Shown here piece after piece: positions 1 through 13,022 of a stretch of 64,000 nt of DNA. Each line of letters opens with the position of its first letter. Position 1 is the first letter of the stretch. The notes under the pieces are model-generated. The model saw only the letters and a program-made list of their open reading frames with translations. It searched no databases and had not been told where the DNA came from. The stretch is from positions 27,032,001 through 27,096,000 of the forward strand of contig OX597815.1 in NCBI GenBank assembly GCA_951406725.2, read 5' to 3'. This DNA comes from Octopus vulgaris (lineage: Eukaryota). The position numbers were made by a program, and so were the translations under genes.

Positions 1-144
1 TTGCTTTATACATGTGGTGCTTTTTTTTTTATCTCCTTTATGAGAGATAAGCTTTAGATGATAAACATTTCCATTCTAGCCCCTGTTTATTTACATTTAA
101 AACTAGATTTGATGGATGTTTACCCCTTTCTATGATATACTTCA

Positions 145-362
145 ATTCTTTTCTGCTCTAGGCACAAGGCTCGAAATTTTGTGGGGAGGGGGGCAGTCGA
201 TTAGATCGACCCTAGTATGCAACTGGTACTTAATTTATCGACCCCGAAAGGATGAAAAGCAAAGTCGACCTCAGCGGAATTTGAACTTAGAACATAAAGA
301 CAGATGAAAAACCGCTAAGCATTTCGCCCAGCGTGCTAATGATTCTGCCAGCTCGCCACCTC
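145..362 (-). mobile_element. tRNA-derived SINE (family B, Meta-domain-like core)
   Basis: Minus strand reads ggtggcgagctggcagaatc...gttctaagttcaaattccgc...gcttttcatcctttcggggtcgataaattaagtacc; flanked by 13-bp TSD atgatatacttca (132-144, 363-375). Other copies near 11015-11110, 13891-14097, 32103-32315, 32735-32915, 51220-51520, 60270-60408. Confidence 0.85.
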
Positions 363-379
363 ATGATATACTTCAGTTG

Positions 380-558
380 GCACAGGCATGGCTGCATGGT
401 AAGAAGTTTGCTTCTCAGCGACATGGTTTCAGGTTCAGTCCCATTCTGTGACACCTTGAGTGAGTGTCTTCTACTATCGATCCAGGCTAACCAATGCCTT
501 GAGAGTGGATTTGATACACTGAAACAGAAAGAAGTCTCTCTCTCTCTCTCTGTCCATG

Positions 559-589
<31 letters not shown>

Positions 590-690
590 TACTATCTCCT
601 TGCCTTTGTGTGATCTCTATAAACAAGTGTCATCTTCCATGAAAACATGTCTGGTCACAGGGAAATATTACCTTGCTTGGATGTAATTAT
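380..690 (+). mobile_element. Degenerate tRNA-derived SINE (family A)
   Basis: tggctgcatggtaagaagtttgctt...ggttcagtccc head and ccttgagagtggatttg core, matching the copy at 1181-1590. Confidence 0.7.
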
Positions 691-802
691 GCGAGTGGAA
701 AAGCAGCCATTAAAATGATACTGATGACTTCAGCTGTACTGGAAATCCTAATGCATCTTGGATGTCAGTACTTGCTGATTCCTCTATTATTTCACATAAA
801 AA

Positions 803-1049
803 TCACCATTTGAGCGTGGCCATTGCCAGTACCGCCTGACTGGCCCTCATGTTGGTGGCACGTAAAAGCACCCACTACCCTCTCGGAGTGGTTGGCATTA
901 GGAAGGGCATATCTGGCTGTAGAAACTCTGCCAGATCAGATTGGAGTCTGGTGCAGCCATCTGGTTCGCCAGACCTCAGTCAAAATCGTCCAACCCATGC
1001 TAGCATGGAAAGCAGACGTTAAATGATGATGATGATGATGATGATGATG
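803..1049 (+). mobile_element. RTE-LINE 3' module (5'-truncated copy) with (GAT)n tail
   Basis: ggtggcacgtaaaagcacccactac...ccaacccatgctagcatggaaagcagacgttaaatgatgat; same type as the 3' ends of the LINEs at 29326-30788 and 44059-46593. Further copies at about 3533-3720(-), 5030-5208(-), 7395-7607(+), 13472-13668(+), 16315-16760(-), 21425-21760(-), 22021-22153(-), 43808-43948(-), 50900-51070(+), 59895-60020(+). Confidence 0.85.
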
Positions 1050-1180
1050 AGAGACTAGAACATTTCAATTTCACCATTCAAACCATTCATCAGAAGCAAC
1101 AAACATTTGGTTGACTTGCTCAATTTTGTGTCTTGTGTTTTTTTTTTGTCGGTTAAGTAAATATAGCACTTTTTGTTGCA

Positions 1181-1344
1181 TAGGTGTAGGAGTGGCTGTG
1201 TGGTAAGCAGCTTGCTTACCAACCACTTGGTTCTGGGTTCAGTCCCACTGCATGGCACCTTGGGCAAGTGTCTTCTACTATAGCCTCAAGCCGACCAAAG
1301 CCTTGTGAGTGGATTTGGTAGACGGAAACTGAAAGAAGCCTGTC

Positions 1345-1392
<48 letters not shown>

Positions 1393-1590
1393 TTGTCCCC
1401 CCAACATCGCTTGACAACCGATGCTGGTATGCTTACGTCCCCGTTACTTAGCAGTTCGGCAAAAGAGACCGATAGAATAAGTACTAGGCTTACAAAGAAT
1501 AGGTCCTGGGGTTGACTTTTTCGACTAAAGGCGGTGCTCCAGCATGGCCACAATCAAATAACTGAAGCAAGTAAAAGAATAAAAGAGTAA
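1181..1590 (+). mobile_element. Full-length tRNA-derived SINE (family A) with internal (TA)/(TG) tract
   Basis: A-box-like tggctgtgtggt, B-box-like ggttcagtccc, internal microsatellite, 3' tail gtaaaagaataaaagagta. Reverse copies at 1850-2860, 32920-33340, 47570-48148, 48385-48822, 48960-49432. Confidence 0.85.
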
Positions 1591-1849
1591 TGGAAAATGA
1601 TGAGTGTTGCTGTGACATACCATCTACCCAAACAATTAACATTTCTTCTATATTTTCCCATAATTTTACTTTATATTCATGTTAATTTAAATGAATTACA
1701 CTCAAATTTTGCAAAGCAACTTTGATTTTGACGAATCGATTCGTTATGGTTCTAAAGATAATTGTGCAAGTCTTAATGAATCTGCAACAAAGCTTTGCTT
1801 TTCCTCCTCCTTCTACAATTCCTGATTATGTGGCATGAAGGAGTCTTTT

Positions 1850-2155
1850 ATTGTTTATCTTTAATTAGTTCAGTCATTAGACTGTAGCCATGTTGGGGCA
1901 CTGCCTTGAAGGGTTTTGATGTACAAATCAACTCCAGTACTTGTTTTTCGTTTTTTGGGGTTTTTCTTAAGCCTAGTACTTATTCCATCAGTCTCTTTTT
2001 GCTGAATCATTAAGTGGGGACGTAAACAAAACAACACAGGTTGTCAAGTAGTAGTGGTTGTGGTGGTGGTGGTGGTGGGGCAAACATGCAAACACAATGC
2101 CATATATATGTATGTAGATAGATAGGTAGGTAGATAAGTATGTAGGTAGATAGAC

Positions 2156-2194
<39 letters not shown>

Positions 2195-2195
2195 C

Positions 2196-2258
<63 letters not shown>

Positions 2259-2341
2259 CAGATAGATTGATAGATAGACAGAGAGATAGATAGGTAGATA
2301 GATAGATTGATAAACAGACAGACAGACAGACAAACAGTCAA

Positions 2342-2372
<31 letters not shown>

Positions 2373-2385
2373 AACAAACAGCCAA

Positions 2386-2416
<31 letters not shown>

Positions 2417-2453
2417 AACAAACAACCAAATAGATATATATATATATATATAT

Positions 2454-2499
<46 letters not shown>

Positions 2500-2522
2500 A
2501 AAGAGAGAGATATGTAGGTAGG

Positions 2523-2613
<91 letters not shown>

Positions 2614-2672
2614 GTATGTGTATACATACATACACACACATACATACATACATACACACATACACACATACA

Positions 2673-2706
<34 letters not shown>

Positions 2707-2860
2707 CATATATATACCACTGGCTTCATTCAGTTTCCATCTACCAATTCCACTCACAAGGCCCAGGGCTATAGTAGTAGACATTTCCTTAAGGTGCCAT
2801 GCAGTGGGACTAAACTCAAAACCATGTGGTTGGGAAGCAAGCATCTTTACCACACAGCCA
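1850..2860 (-). mobile_element. Family A SINE with internal (TAGA)/(CAGA)/(TACA) microsatellite expanded to ~620 bp
   Basis: SINE head at 2720-2860 and tail at 1850-2090 in reverse orientation bracket the tetranucleotide array. Confidence 0.75.
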
Positions 2861-3136
2861 ATAACAAAAAATATTGAAATTATTATTTTGATTTGTTAAT
2901 TACTACACTTAAAGTAATTACAAACTGGCTACACAAGTGGTATAATGTAGCATTAGTAACAACTCCTCAACACAAACACAAACCAAGTGTGACTGACAAA
3001 TTGCAATTTTGTGCGTGCAATGAGATAGTTCATTACGAGGAGGTTGAAATTTGAGCAACTACTGTAAGAGTAGGTTTGTTTTCGTGCTTTTGTTTGTTAA
3101 ATTACTTCATTAATAAGCTTCACCATAATAAGATTG

Positions 3137-3184
<48 letters not shown>

Positions 3185-3295
3185 TCAGCTTTTCTATTTA
3201 TGTATGTATGTATGTACGTATGTATGCATGTATGCATGTATGCATGTATGTATGTATGCATCTATCTATCTATTTATCTATCTTTATATACATAC

Positions 3296-3335
<40 letters not shown>

Positions 3336-4084
3336 CTGCCTTCGTCTTTTGTCTATTTTCATAAAGCTTCCCGTTATATATATATATACATATATATACA
3401 TACATATATATATATATATGTGTTCAAAGTTTTTTGATGTCCTGTACCCATGTACATATATGTATGTATATATGCATATATTTATATATCATTTATATTA
3501 TTACATGATCATACATACATACATACATACATGTCATCATCATCGTCATCATTTAACATTCTGTCTTCCATGCTGGCATGGGTAGGATGATTTGACAGGA
3601 TCCAAGATATACTGAAGAACTGTGTCAAGCTCCAATGTCAGCTTTTGTATGGATTCTACAACCTGATGCCTTTCCTAATGCCAACTATTTTACAGAGTAT
3701 ACTAGGTGCTCTCTTTCATGACTAGTAGGTTGCCAAGTAACTCACATGAAAAAAAAAAAAGCCTCCTTCACTGAGTGGGGGTTTAGTAAAGAGGGAGATG
3801 ACCTTATGCCAGGTATTGAAAGGCTAAAGTATGATAAAGGGACAAGTATAGGTGTCTTTCTATTGAAGAGATACATTGCTATCTCACATTATGTGAAGAT
3901 GTGTGTAAGTAGCTGGAAAGAAGATAAAGAAGGTGATGATGACAAAAGTGAGGAGGGCCATTGATGACAGATGGGAGAGGTTGCTGAGAATGACAGCAGA
4001 TACAAGAAGGTTTTAAAGATGAGATATGGCAGTCATAAGATGTTATTATGATTTTTGTGTCTACAACTTGCATTAAATACAACA

Positions 4085-5400
4085 TATAGAATTTATACCT
4101 ATGCTTTTCCTACATATTGAGCAGGGTTGTTTTCCTGAAGGGAGTAAAATCCTGTTTTTCTTTTTGCCTGCTTACTTGTACTTTGGTCTTTGCTAAGTTA
4201 ACTTCAAGGCCCTTTGATTCCATAATTAGAATTTCTTTTCTAATCTGCAACAGATTCTGTTGTAAAAATGGCATCGTCAACATAAAGTTATTACCAAGGG
4301 CAACTGGTCTTAAATTCTTGTTATGGCCAAGAGGACTCATACCTGTAGAGCTAAATTTGTTACTGTACTAACTCACTCTTTAATAACAGCACCTCTGTAC
4401 ATTGTTATTATGGCTCTCACCAGCCAGTCATCTATCCCTAGCTTCCTCAGAGACCACCATGTTACAGAGCATGGGATGAAGTATTGAAGGCTGATCTCAA
4501 GATGCTGAGCCTTACGAAGGAGATGCCAAAGGACCGAGATATCTGATGCCTTACTGTACTCAAGAAAACCCATCCAGCTGAGTTGAAGCTTTTTTTTTTT
4601 CCTCTAGATCGATGAAAGCCAAGTACAATGGCTTCATATTGTTTAAATACCTCTCCTGCAGCTGTTAATAGAAAGAAGACATCAATAGTACTTTCCCTTG
4701 GCACAAAACCAAAGTGCATCTCATCTAGTTTAATTCTCTTCTAAATTAATTGGATTATATCTCTTTCTGTAACTTTCACACCCTGGCCCTACAATTTGAT
4801 ACCTCTGTAATTACTTCTGTTTATGTCATCTTATTTACCCTCATAACAGTTGACTTTAATGATGTTACACCATTTGTTAGGTATAACACCTTACTCAACC
4901 TGTGTGACTATACATATGACCAGCCATATCCTACTTTGCCAGATATCTTAAGCGTCTCAGTGTTGATTTGTAATGGACAAGGGGCTTTCTCTACCATCCT
5001 ATCCTTAATTGCTTTATCTATCATACTACTCATCATCATCGTTTAACATCCGCTTTCCATGCTAGCATGGGGTGGACAGTTCGACTGGGCTCTGGGAAGC
5101 CAGGAAGCTGCACCAGGCCCAGTCTGATCTGGCAGTGTTTCTACAGCTGGATGCCCTTCCTAATGCCAACCACTCCGAGAGTGTAGAGGGTGCTTTTTAC
5201 GTGCCAGGGGCACCAATTATAATACCTCGTTCATCTGCTGGGTTCCCATTGCAAAGACTCTCTTTCTCTCGTTCATTCTCCACATTTAGCAGCCTTTCAT
5301 AGTAGTACCTTCATACCTCTTTCTTTACAGATTCCCCAAGTGCAAGCACACCATTATCTATCCATATGCATTTCTCACCCACAACTTCTTCGTTCTCTCT
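4085..5400 (-). pseudogene. Decayed RTE-clade LINE RT fragment
   Basis: Minus-strand peptides MHFGFVPRESTID.FF, WWSLRKLGIDDWLVRAI..MYRGA and ESKGLEVNLAKTKV match the RT at 44665-45250; interrupted by insertions. Confidence 0.8.
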
Positions 5401-5565
5401 GGTACATTATCTTGCAATCCAGAATACTTCATGCCCCTGACACTCATTGCAGAACATTGGTTATACACACACACACACATACACACACACACATGCGTGC
5501 ACGTGCGCAAGCATACAACATGCATGCATACATACAACACACACACACACACACACACATACATA

Positions 5566-6428
5566 CTGGAACTGAGGGGCTTTAGAGTTAACTTAGCAAA
5601 GACCAAGGTCCTAGTAAACAAAAAAGATGGACAGGACCCTATCCACTTCAGGTAACTGGACCCTGCTCAATATGTAGGAAAAGCATAGGTAGGAATTCCA
5701 TTCAGTATTTTCAGTGCAAACTATGGACATACAAGAGGTGCAGTGGAATAATAGGAAGGTTAGCAGAGAACCTCGTGTTTGCATGTAGGAAATGTATAGG
5801 AGTCATAAAGTCTGCAGATAAACAGGAAATTGATTTTCTCAAATGCTCTGGAGGCTTTCTGAAAGTAGTAGATAATTTCTGCTACCTACGTGACCTAGTT
5901 AGCAGTGAAGGAGGATGCACTAGAAGTGTAATTACAAGAATAAGAATAGGATGGAGCTGATTCAGAGAGCTTCTACGTCTGTTGGTAACCAAAGGTCTCT
6001 CTCTCCAAGTGAAAGGAAGATTGTCTGATGCATGTGTACAAACAGCAATGCTACATGGTAGTAAGACATGGGCCCTGCATGCAGAGGACATGTGAGGACT
6101 AGAGAGAAATGAAGCTCATATGCTTCACTGGATGTACAATGTTGGTGTTCATGTGCAACAGAGTGCTAGTATTGAGAGAAAAGAGAAATTAGATGTAGTG
6201 TGCAAGAGTGAAGTCTATGCTCATGTGATGCACATGGATGAGAACAGTTGCATAAAGATGTGCTGATCACTTAAAGTGGATGGAACTTGTATAAGAAAGG
6301 GACCCAAGAATATATGGGATGAAGTATTGAAGGCTGATCTCAAGATACTGAGCCTTACGAAGGAGATGCCAAAGGACTGAGATATCTGATGCCTTACTGT
6401 ACTCAAGAAAACCCATCCAGCTGAGTTG
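5566..6428 (+). pseudogene. Decayed RTE-clade LINE, 3' part of ORF
   Basis: RVNLAKTKVLV, FACRKC, KVVDNFCYLRDLVSSEGGC, AMLHGSKTW, colinear with 45200-46050; several stops. Confidence 0.85.
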
Positions 6429-7040
6429 TTATCCTAAAACCACTTCAGTAATGTTTATTCAAGAGGGACTCTGCCCTGCCCCCATTACTATCCTTTCTGC
6501 CCTGTCAGCTTTTCCCCTCACATTTCATCCCCTAACACTCTTCACTTCTCTGTTACCTGAGAGGCAGAATAGGTACATGCTACATCCCCACTGGCTTTCT
6601 CAGTTACCTTTCTTCCCCACCCCCAAACCACTTCCATTTCTCATTATCTTCTCCCGACCACTGTCTCCACTAATCATCTCCTTTCTGTACCTTCTCTCCT
6701 CTGTGCTGTTCTCCATCATAAACATCTTGTTCATCTACAATCACCCTTGATGCCCTCACATATCTATTGCAGCCCCTGTCCCTGAGCCCTTCTTATATTT
6801 CACCCCATCAGTTGTTACAGTCACTTCTATCATGTCCACTCACCCAGTCCAAACCTTTGTATCACTCCACCTATTCTCCCCATCCTCAGTGTCCCTTGAG
6901 AGCATGTCCTGGCACATCGTTTCCACAATCCCTCTGATTATTGCTCTCTTTATCTTACTCTGTAATTCATTCTCCTTTCTTTTCCAACTGGGATATCCAC
7001 GCATCTACTGCTAGATATTTATCTCTGTCCCTCTATACCT

Positions 7041-7271
7041 ATTTCTTTACTACCCACAAGGGGCTAAACACAGAGAGGACAAACAAGGACAGACAAACGG
7101 ATTAAGTCGATTATATCAACCCCAGTGCATAACTGGTACTTAATTTATTGACTCCGAAAGGATGAAAGGCAAAGTCGACCTCGGCGGAATTTGAACTCAG
7201 AACGTATCGGCAGACAAAATACAGCTATGCATTTCACCCGGCATGCTAACGCTTCTGCCAGCTCGCCGCCT
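7041..7271 (-). mobile_element. Family B SINE with alternative 3' tail
   Basis: Same head and core as 145-362 but tail cccacaaggggctaaacacagagaggacaaacaagg; 13-bp TSD tccctctatacct (7028-7040, 7272-7284). Confidence 0.85.
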
Positions 7272-8317
7272 TCCCTCTATACCTTTAATCTTTTGACTGT
7301 CACAAGGCCACCCCTTCAGTAGAACTCCCCTGCACAGTTGACGATTTTGTGCCTGCTTTTGTCTTGCAAGGTACTTGGTGATCCTGTTGTTGATTGTGTC
7401 ATGTCAAAAGCACTGGTGCTGGTGCCACATAAAAAGCACCCATTACACTCTGTAAAGTGGTTGGTGTTAGGAAGGATGTCCAGCTGTAGGAAGCATACCA
7501 AATCAAAAAATAGAGCTTGATGTGGATCCCAGCCTTGCTAGCTCCTGTCAAACTGTCCATACCAGCATGGAAAGTAGATGCTAAATGATGATACTGATGT
7601 TGATGATATATATATATATATTGTTTTAATACCAACTTTTCCATACTTGCATCGGTTAGATATAATTTGTTGAGGTAAGTTTTCCTCATCTTCCATTCAC
7701 CAATCTTCAACTGTCTCCAAACAAGGTAATATTTTCCCTTGTACAATTCTGTTTTTCTGAGATGAAGAATTTTTATATCATGTATTAGTCAGAGTGGTGT
7801 CTTCATCTTGGTTGTTGCTTTTCAATACATATCAACTGTATATGCTCCACTCTTCTTTAAATGTCTTATGATTCATTTTAGTGCCTTGCTTGGGATTGAA
7901 TTCAGAACCTCTTGGTAACTGCACTACATTAACGACTGCCTTTATCCACTATGCTATGCTCTTAAGCAGTGTCAGAGTGAATTTTTAAGGCTTATAAACC
8001 TTCATTGAAATCTATGAAATCCACTCTCAAGGCTTTGGTTCGCCAAGGGCTATAGTACAAAACAGTTGCCCGAGGGTCCATGCAGTGAGACTGAACCCAA
8101 ATGCATATGATTGAGAAGCCATGCACCAACTCTTCCAGTCAACCTCTACTGACAATACTCTTTAATGATATAAACATAGCATAGACTGACAAAAAAGACA
8201 AGAGAATAGCTATATATATACATAGAGTAAAAAGAGAGAGAGAGAAAAAGTGAGGGGGAGAGAGGGAGGGTGACTTTGATTCTGCATTTCACTCTGGTTG
8301 CAGCTGTACATATGTAA

Positions 8318-8486
8318 ATGTATGTATGTATGTATGTATGTATGCATGTATGTATGTATGTATGTATGTATGTATGTATGTATGTATGTATGTATGTATG
8401 TATGTATGTATGTATGTATGTATGTATGTATGTATGTATGTATGTATGTATGTATGCATGCATGCATGTATGTATGTATGTATGTT

Positions 8487-8518
<32 letters not shown>

Positions 8519-8665
8519 TGTATGCTTGTATGTATGTATGTATGTATGCTTGTATGTATGTTTGTATGTATGTATGTATGTATGTATGTATGTATGTATG
8601 TATGTATGTATGTATGTATGTATGAATGCATGCATGCATACATGCATGTATTTATGTATGCATGA
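8318..8665. repeat. (TATG)n microsatellite
   Basis: Direct inspection. Confidence 0.95.
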
Positions 8666-9570
8666 ATGCATTATTTATTTAAGTATGTGTACAAGAATTC
8701 ATGTATTTATGGATGCATACACTGAAAATATGATTGAAGTGACAAAGTTTAAAATTTCATAACAATGTCTCAGCTTTATGAAGGTGAGAAATTGGAAGTT
8801 ATTACGGCCATGGCTATTTCTATGGCATTAATTATAAAGGTGAAGTGATTCTAATTAGGCGTCAACAACTAATTGCAAACTTGTTTGGCTAAGAATTGGC
8901 GGAATCTTTCCGCCCCATTTTCTAATTGAAAAATAAATTATTCAACAATAAGATCACGTTATTTTTCTTTATAACAGAAGAATTGATTACTGATGTAGGA
9001 GATATAATAAGATCAAAATCAAAAGCGAGAAAGAAGAACAGACAAAACAAAGTGTGAGTGTCTGGTTTAGCACATTAAGATCTGAGGTTTTAGCTACCAT
9101 AGATGAATAATGAGGAAGCCACTACTTATATAGGTTATATAATGAGCTCATTGTATACAGTGTTCAGGTGCCCTACACATAGAAATATCAGCCAAATGTC
9201 AATCAAATCATACTCTATCTTTAAAAGGTTACATTGGATAACGTTCTTCTTGCAATGCAAAAAGATGGCATTGTGACAGCTGGAGCAACATTGGTCAGCA
9301 CAATTAGGGCTAACCTGAAGCTAAATAACAATGACAAGCATCTATTATAACCAAACAAGGGAGATTGTATGCAGTCCATTAAGCTACAAGAAAAAGTAAC
9401 GGGTCTCTCCTGTATAATGGTCTCTGGCTTAGGGATAAAGCCAACATTTTGGAATCCTTCCTTCATAATAGCCCACCATTGGAATACACTATGCCTAAAA
9501 AGAAAACGAAATCAAGGAAGCACTATGTGTTAACTTGACCTATGAAATAAAGCAACCAAATGTTCCTTAA

Positions 9571-9791
9571 CCCTTTAGCATTTAAACCGGCCATATCCGG
9601 CCAAAAGTATTCTGCCTGTTTTATGTTCAAACTGGCCAGATCTGGTCTCTCACACCAACCCTACAATATCATTTTAAAAATTAACAGCTACCTCATTAAA
9701 ATCTCATAGCTACAAGATAATGCATGATTAGCTCAAATCAATGTAGATGAAAAAGCATTAATTTTGGCAGAATAATGCAAACACTAAAGGG
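9571..9791. mobile_element. piggyBac-type MITE
   Basis: TTAA on both sides (9567-9570, 9792-9795); TIRs ccctttagcattt / aaacactaaaggg. Confidence 0.75.
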
Positions 9792-10346
9792 TTAAATCAT
9801 ATTTTACAATCATAAACATTTGACATATTAGATGATACAGTTTGGTTATCAGTGTCTTATTCTCAAGAAAATGTTATTTTCAACTTTTGATGTGATGGCT
9901 TTTATGTAGATATGGAGATAATTTAGAATGACAGTCAGGAAAAGGCCAGACAACCTATGCTATTAGACAAATGGTTGAGATGTGGTGGAGGAAATCATAA
10001 AACTGTTGACAGCTCCAGAACTCACCACATTCACCTATTGTCAGTCTGTGGACGTAGCAGTGCAGAGGGAGCTGTCAACACTTTTATGGCTTCTATCACA
10101 ACATCTGAACAATTTGTCTCTTAGAATAGGTTGTCTGGTCTTTCCTAGCCTCCACTGAAATTATAGATACAGCCATCACATCAAAAGTGGAAAATAACAT
10201 TTTCAGGAAAATTAGATACTTTGACTTCAGACTGTATGTCCATTAGTTGATTTGTTTCCATAGCCTTCTATTTTGTCTGGGTCGTTAAGGTCATATATTC
10301 ATCTAGTCATCTAATTTATTTATTTTTTTGTATTCATTTGTATGTA

Positions 10347-10833
10347 CAGTGATCTCTCGCTACTTCATGGTTCAACTATCGTGGATTCACGACTTCACGG
10401 ATTTTTAAAATATATATATGAACGCCTAAAATTTTTCATTAATTCCATTAAAATATTAATAATAAATATTATTTCCTTGTCTAGGAACAACAAAGCAAGC
10501 GTAAAATAGCAAAAAAAGCATATACAGGGGTATTTGAACTTAAGACAGGCTGTGATTGGTGCAATGGAGAGAGACGCCGAATCACAGCTTTCTATTTTGT
10601 AATCTGGCCTGTGTAACAGTAACAATCTTTATTTTTTTAAATCTAAAGTGTTATTGCTTAACAGTTGTCCTTGTTATTAATAGACTACTGGGTTGTTAAC
10701 AGTACAGGGAGAGTTTTAAAAGTCCAAATACACATTAAATAAATACTGTAAATATGGTGTCCCTACTTTGCGGAAATTCAGTTATCATGGCCAGTCTCAG
10801 AACCAATCTACAACAATAAATGAGGGATCACTG
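10347..10833. mobile_element. Tigger/pogo-type MITE (Tc1/mariner superfamily)
   Basis: TA TSD; TIRs cagtgatctctc / gagggatcactg. Confidence 0.8.
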
Positions 10834-11649
10834 TATCCATTTAGATATGTATTAATAAAACATGTGTATGTATTTTTGTTTGTGTATGAATAGTTATATG
10901 TATTTTCATTGTGGTCTTTAAGAATAAATATATTTATCTAAACTTGCATATTTCTGTGACCTCTCACCTTCAAACTGTATTGTATTATTTATGATTGTAT
11001 TAAAACAATAAGCTGAGATAATCGTTAGCACGCCAGGCATAATGCTTAGCAGTATTTTGCCTGTCTTTTCGGAGTCAATTTCAGGCCTCGTGCCCATAGT
11101 AGAGAAGATTATTTATGATAATATATCACTCCAAAAGTAATCATTTTAAGTTATTTAAATGCTTTCCAAAATAAGCATACATTTCATTTTGATGGATCCA
11201 AGGAAGTTTTAAGATCTTGCACAAGCACTCAGCTCTGAGTGTAATGTTTCTTATAGCAGAAACAGCTGTAAGCTAATGAAGTTCATTACATAATCCTTGT
11301 TCCCTTGCCATTCAATAATTAATAATATATTCTATACTAGTCTCTTGTTTTAGTCTAAAACTCTGTATAGTGAGTGCTAACAACTGGTTATTAGTATCAC
11401 CTTCCACACCCTAACTTATCCCAAGTTTGTTGCCTCACTTCATACTAAACTGGATATTGGAGTGGACTGCAGAGTTCAATACTGAGTCTGATTTTGGCTG
11501 CATGGCACACATTACTGTGCTTTCTTTTATGCATGTACACACACATGTGTGCACACAACTCACACACACATATGTGTATGTATACACACACACAATGAGA
11601 TTCTTTCAGTTTCCATTTAATAAATCTATTAATAAGGCTTTCATTAGCC

Positions 11650-11903
11650 TGGTAAAGGTAAAGTTACCTTCCCAAGTAATGCCACCTCATAAGAGCCAGG
11701 TTTCTAGTTTCATGGCGTATATATTCTGTACCTGGATGGGAAGTCAGTCCATCGCAGGATTACTCATTTTTGCCAATTGAGCAGACTGGACCAATGTGAA
11801 ATGAAATGTTTTGCTCAAGAACACAACACATCTCCCAGTCCAGGAATCGAAAGCACACTCTTACAATCATGAGTCCAATACTTTAACCACTAAGCTGTGC
11901 ACC
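11650..11903 (-). mobile_element. tRNA-derived SINE (family D)
   Basis: Reverse of cagcttagtggttaaagtattggactcatga...ttcttgagcaaaacatttcatttcac...cctgcgatggactg. Related copies at 14245-14410 (continues 14915-14950 after a CR1 insertion) and 40165-40480. Confidence 0.7.
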
Positions 11904-12265
11904 CCCAATCGGTAAGCCTGAACTGTAGTAGGAGACATATGTCAGGTGGGATTGAACCTGAAACCATGTGGATGGGAAATAAATTTCTTAACCACACACC
12001 ATGCCTGTGCACATGCACACACACATACATACTTACATACACACATACATACCTACATAAATACATACATAAATACATACATACATACTTACATACATAC
12101 ATATATAAATATATACATATATATATATATACACACACACACATATATGTATGCACATGCACACATACATACATACACTTACATACACACATACATACAT
12201 ACCTACATAAATACATACATAAATACATACATACTTACATACATACATATATAAATATATACATA

Positions 12266-12322
<57 letters not shown>

Positions 12323-12990
12323 TATATACACACATATATATATACATACACACACACACATACATTATTGCCATCACATATGTGTGTGCATTGTGTGAAA
12401 GTGCGTGTGTATACACACACATACACACACGCACACATAAGCACATTCAGATTTACATACAAATTGTGTTGTAACCCTTAATGGATCATTAAATCTCCAC
12501 AAACGATTTTCACTTTCATGTTGCATTTCAAAGGGAATCAACTTGGTAGAGTGTGTTTCTTTCAAAGTTATTGGTTATTGATTATGACTGATAACTCTCA
12601 TACACACACACACACGCACACACATACACACACATACACACACACACACATGTGCATGCACACATACATACTCAAACACACATACTAAACTGAATATTGG
12701 AGCGGACTGCTGAGTTCAATACACACACACACACACACACACAAGCATCATACAAAAACACACATATGTATGCACATGCACACACACACACATTCACACA
12801 CACACGCACACGCACACGCACACACACACACATTCACACATTCACACACACATATAAGGATAATGTAAAACCAAATAACACAACCCAAATTCAAACTCGT
12901 GTCACTCACTCAGTTTGCTGAAGATTTATCACTAATCTATAACATTAATATAGATGTGAACGCATATCTATATTTGTGTGTGTGCATGCA

Positions 12991-13022
<32 letters not shown>

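Noticed and set aside
715-760. CTGATGA...GAAA hammerhead-like motif
   Set aside because: Stem II is out of register, the cleavage position would be G and stem I is mismatched.
1988-2729. Long ORFs of YLSI/MYVC/HTYI type (also at 8146-8762, 16964-17642, 26316-26906, 63149-63991)
   Set aside because: Translations of tetranucleotide microsatellites that lack stop codons; not genes.
4085-6428. Head-to-head RTE halves as one twin-primed 5' inversion
   Set aside because: The overlapping ~130 bp are clearly divergent from each other and no shared TSD was found; independent insertions are equally likely.
9221-9494. Minus-strand strong acceptor (tttcgttttctttttag) followed by an ORF
   Set aside because: Only phase 2 is open, which is incompatible with the phase-0 end of the 17611 exon; no good donor; lies between repeat fragments.
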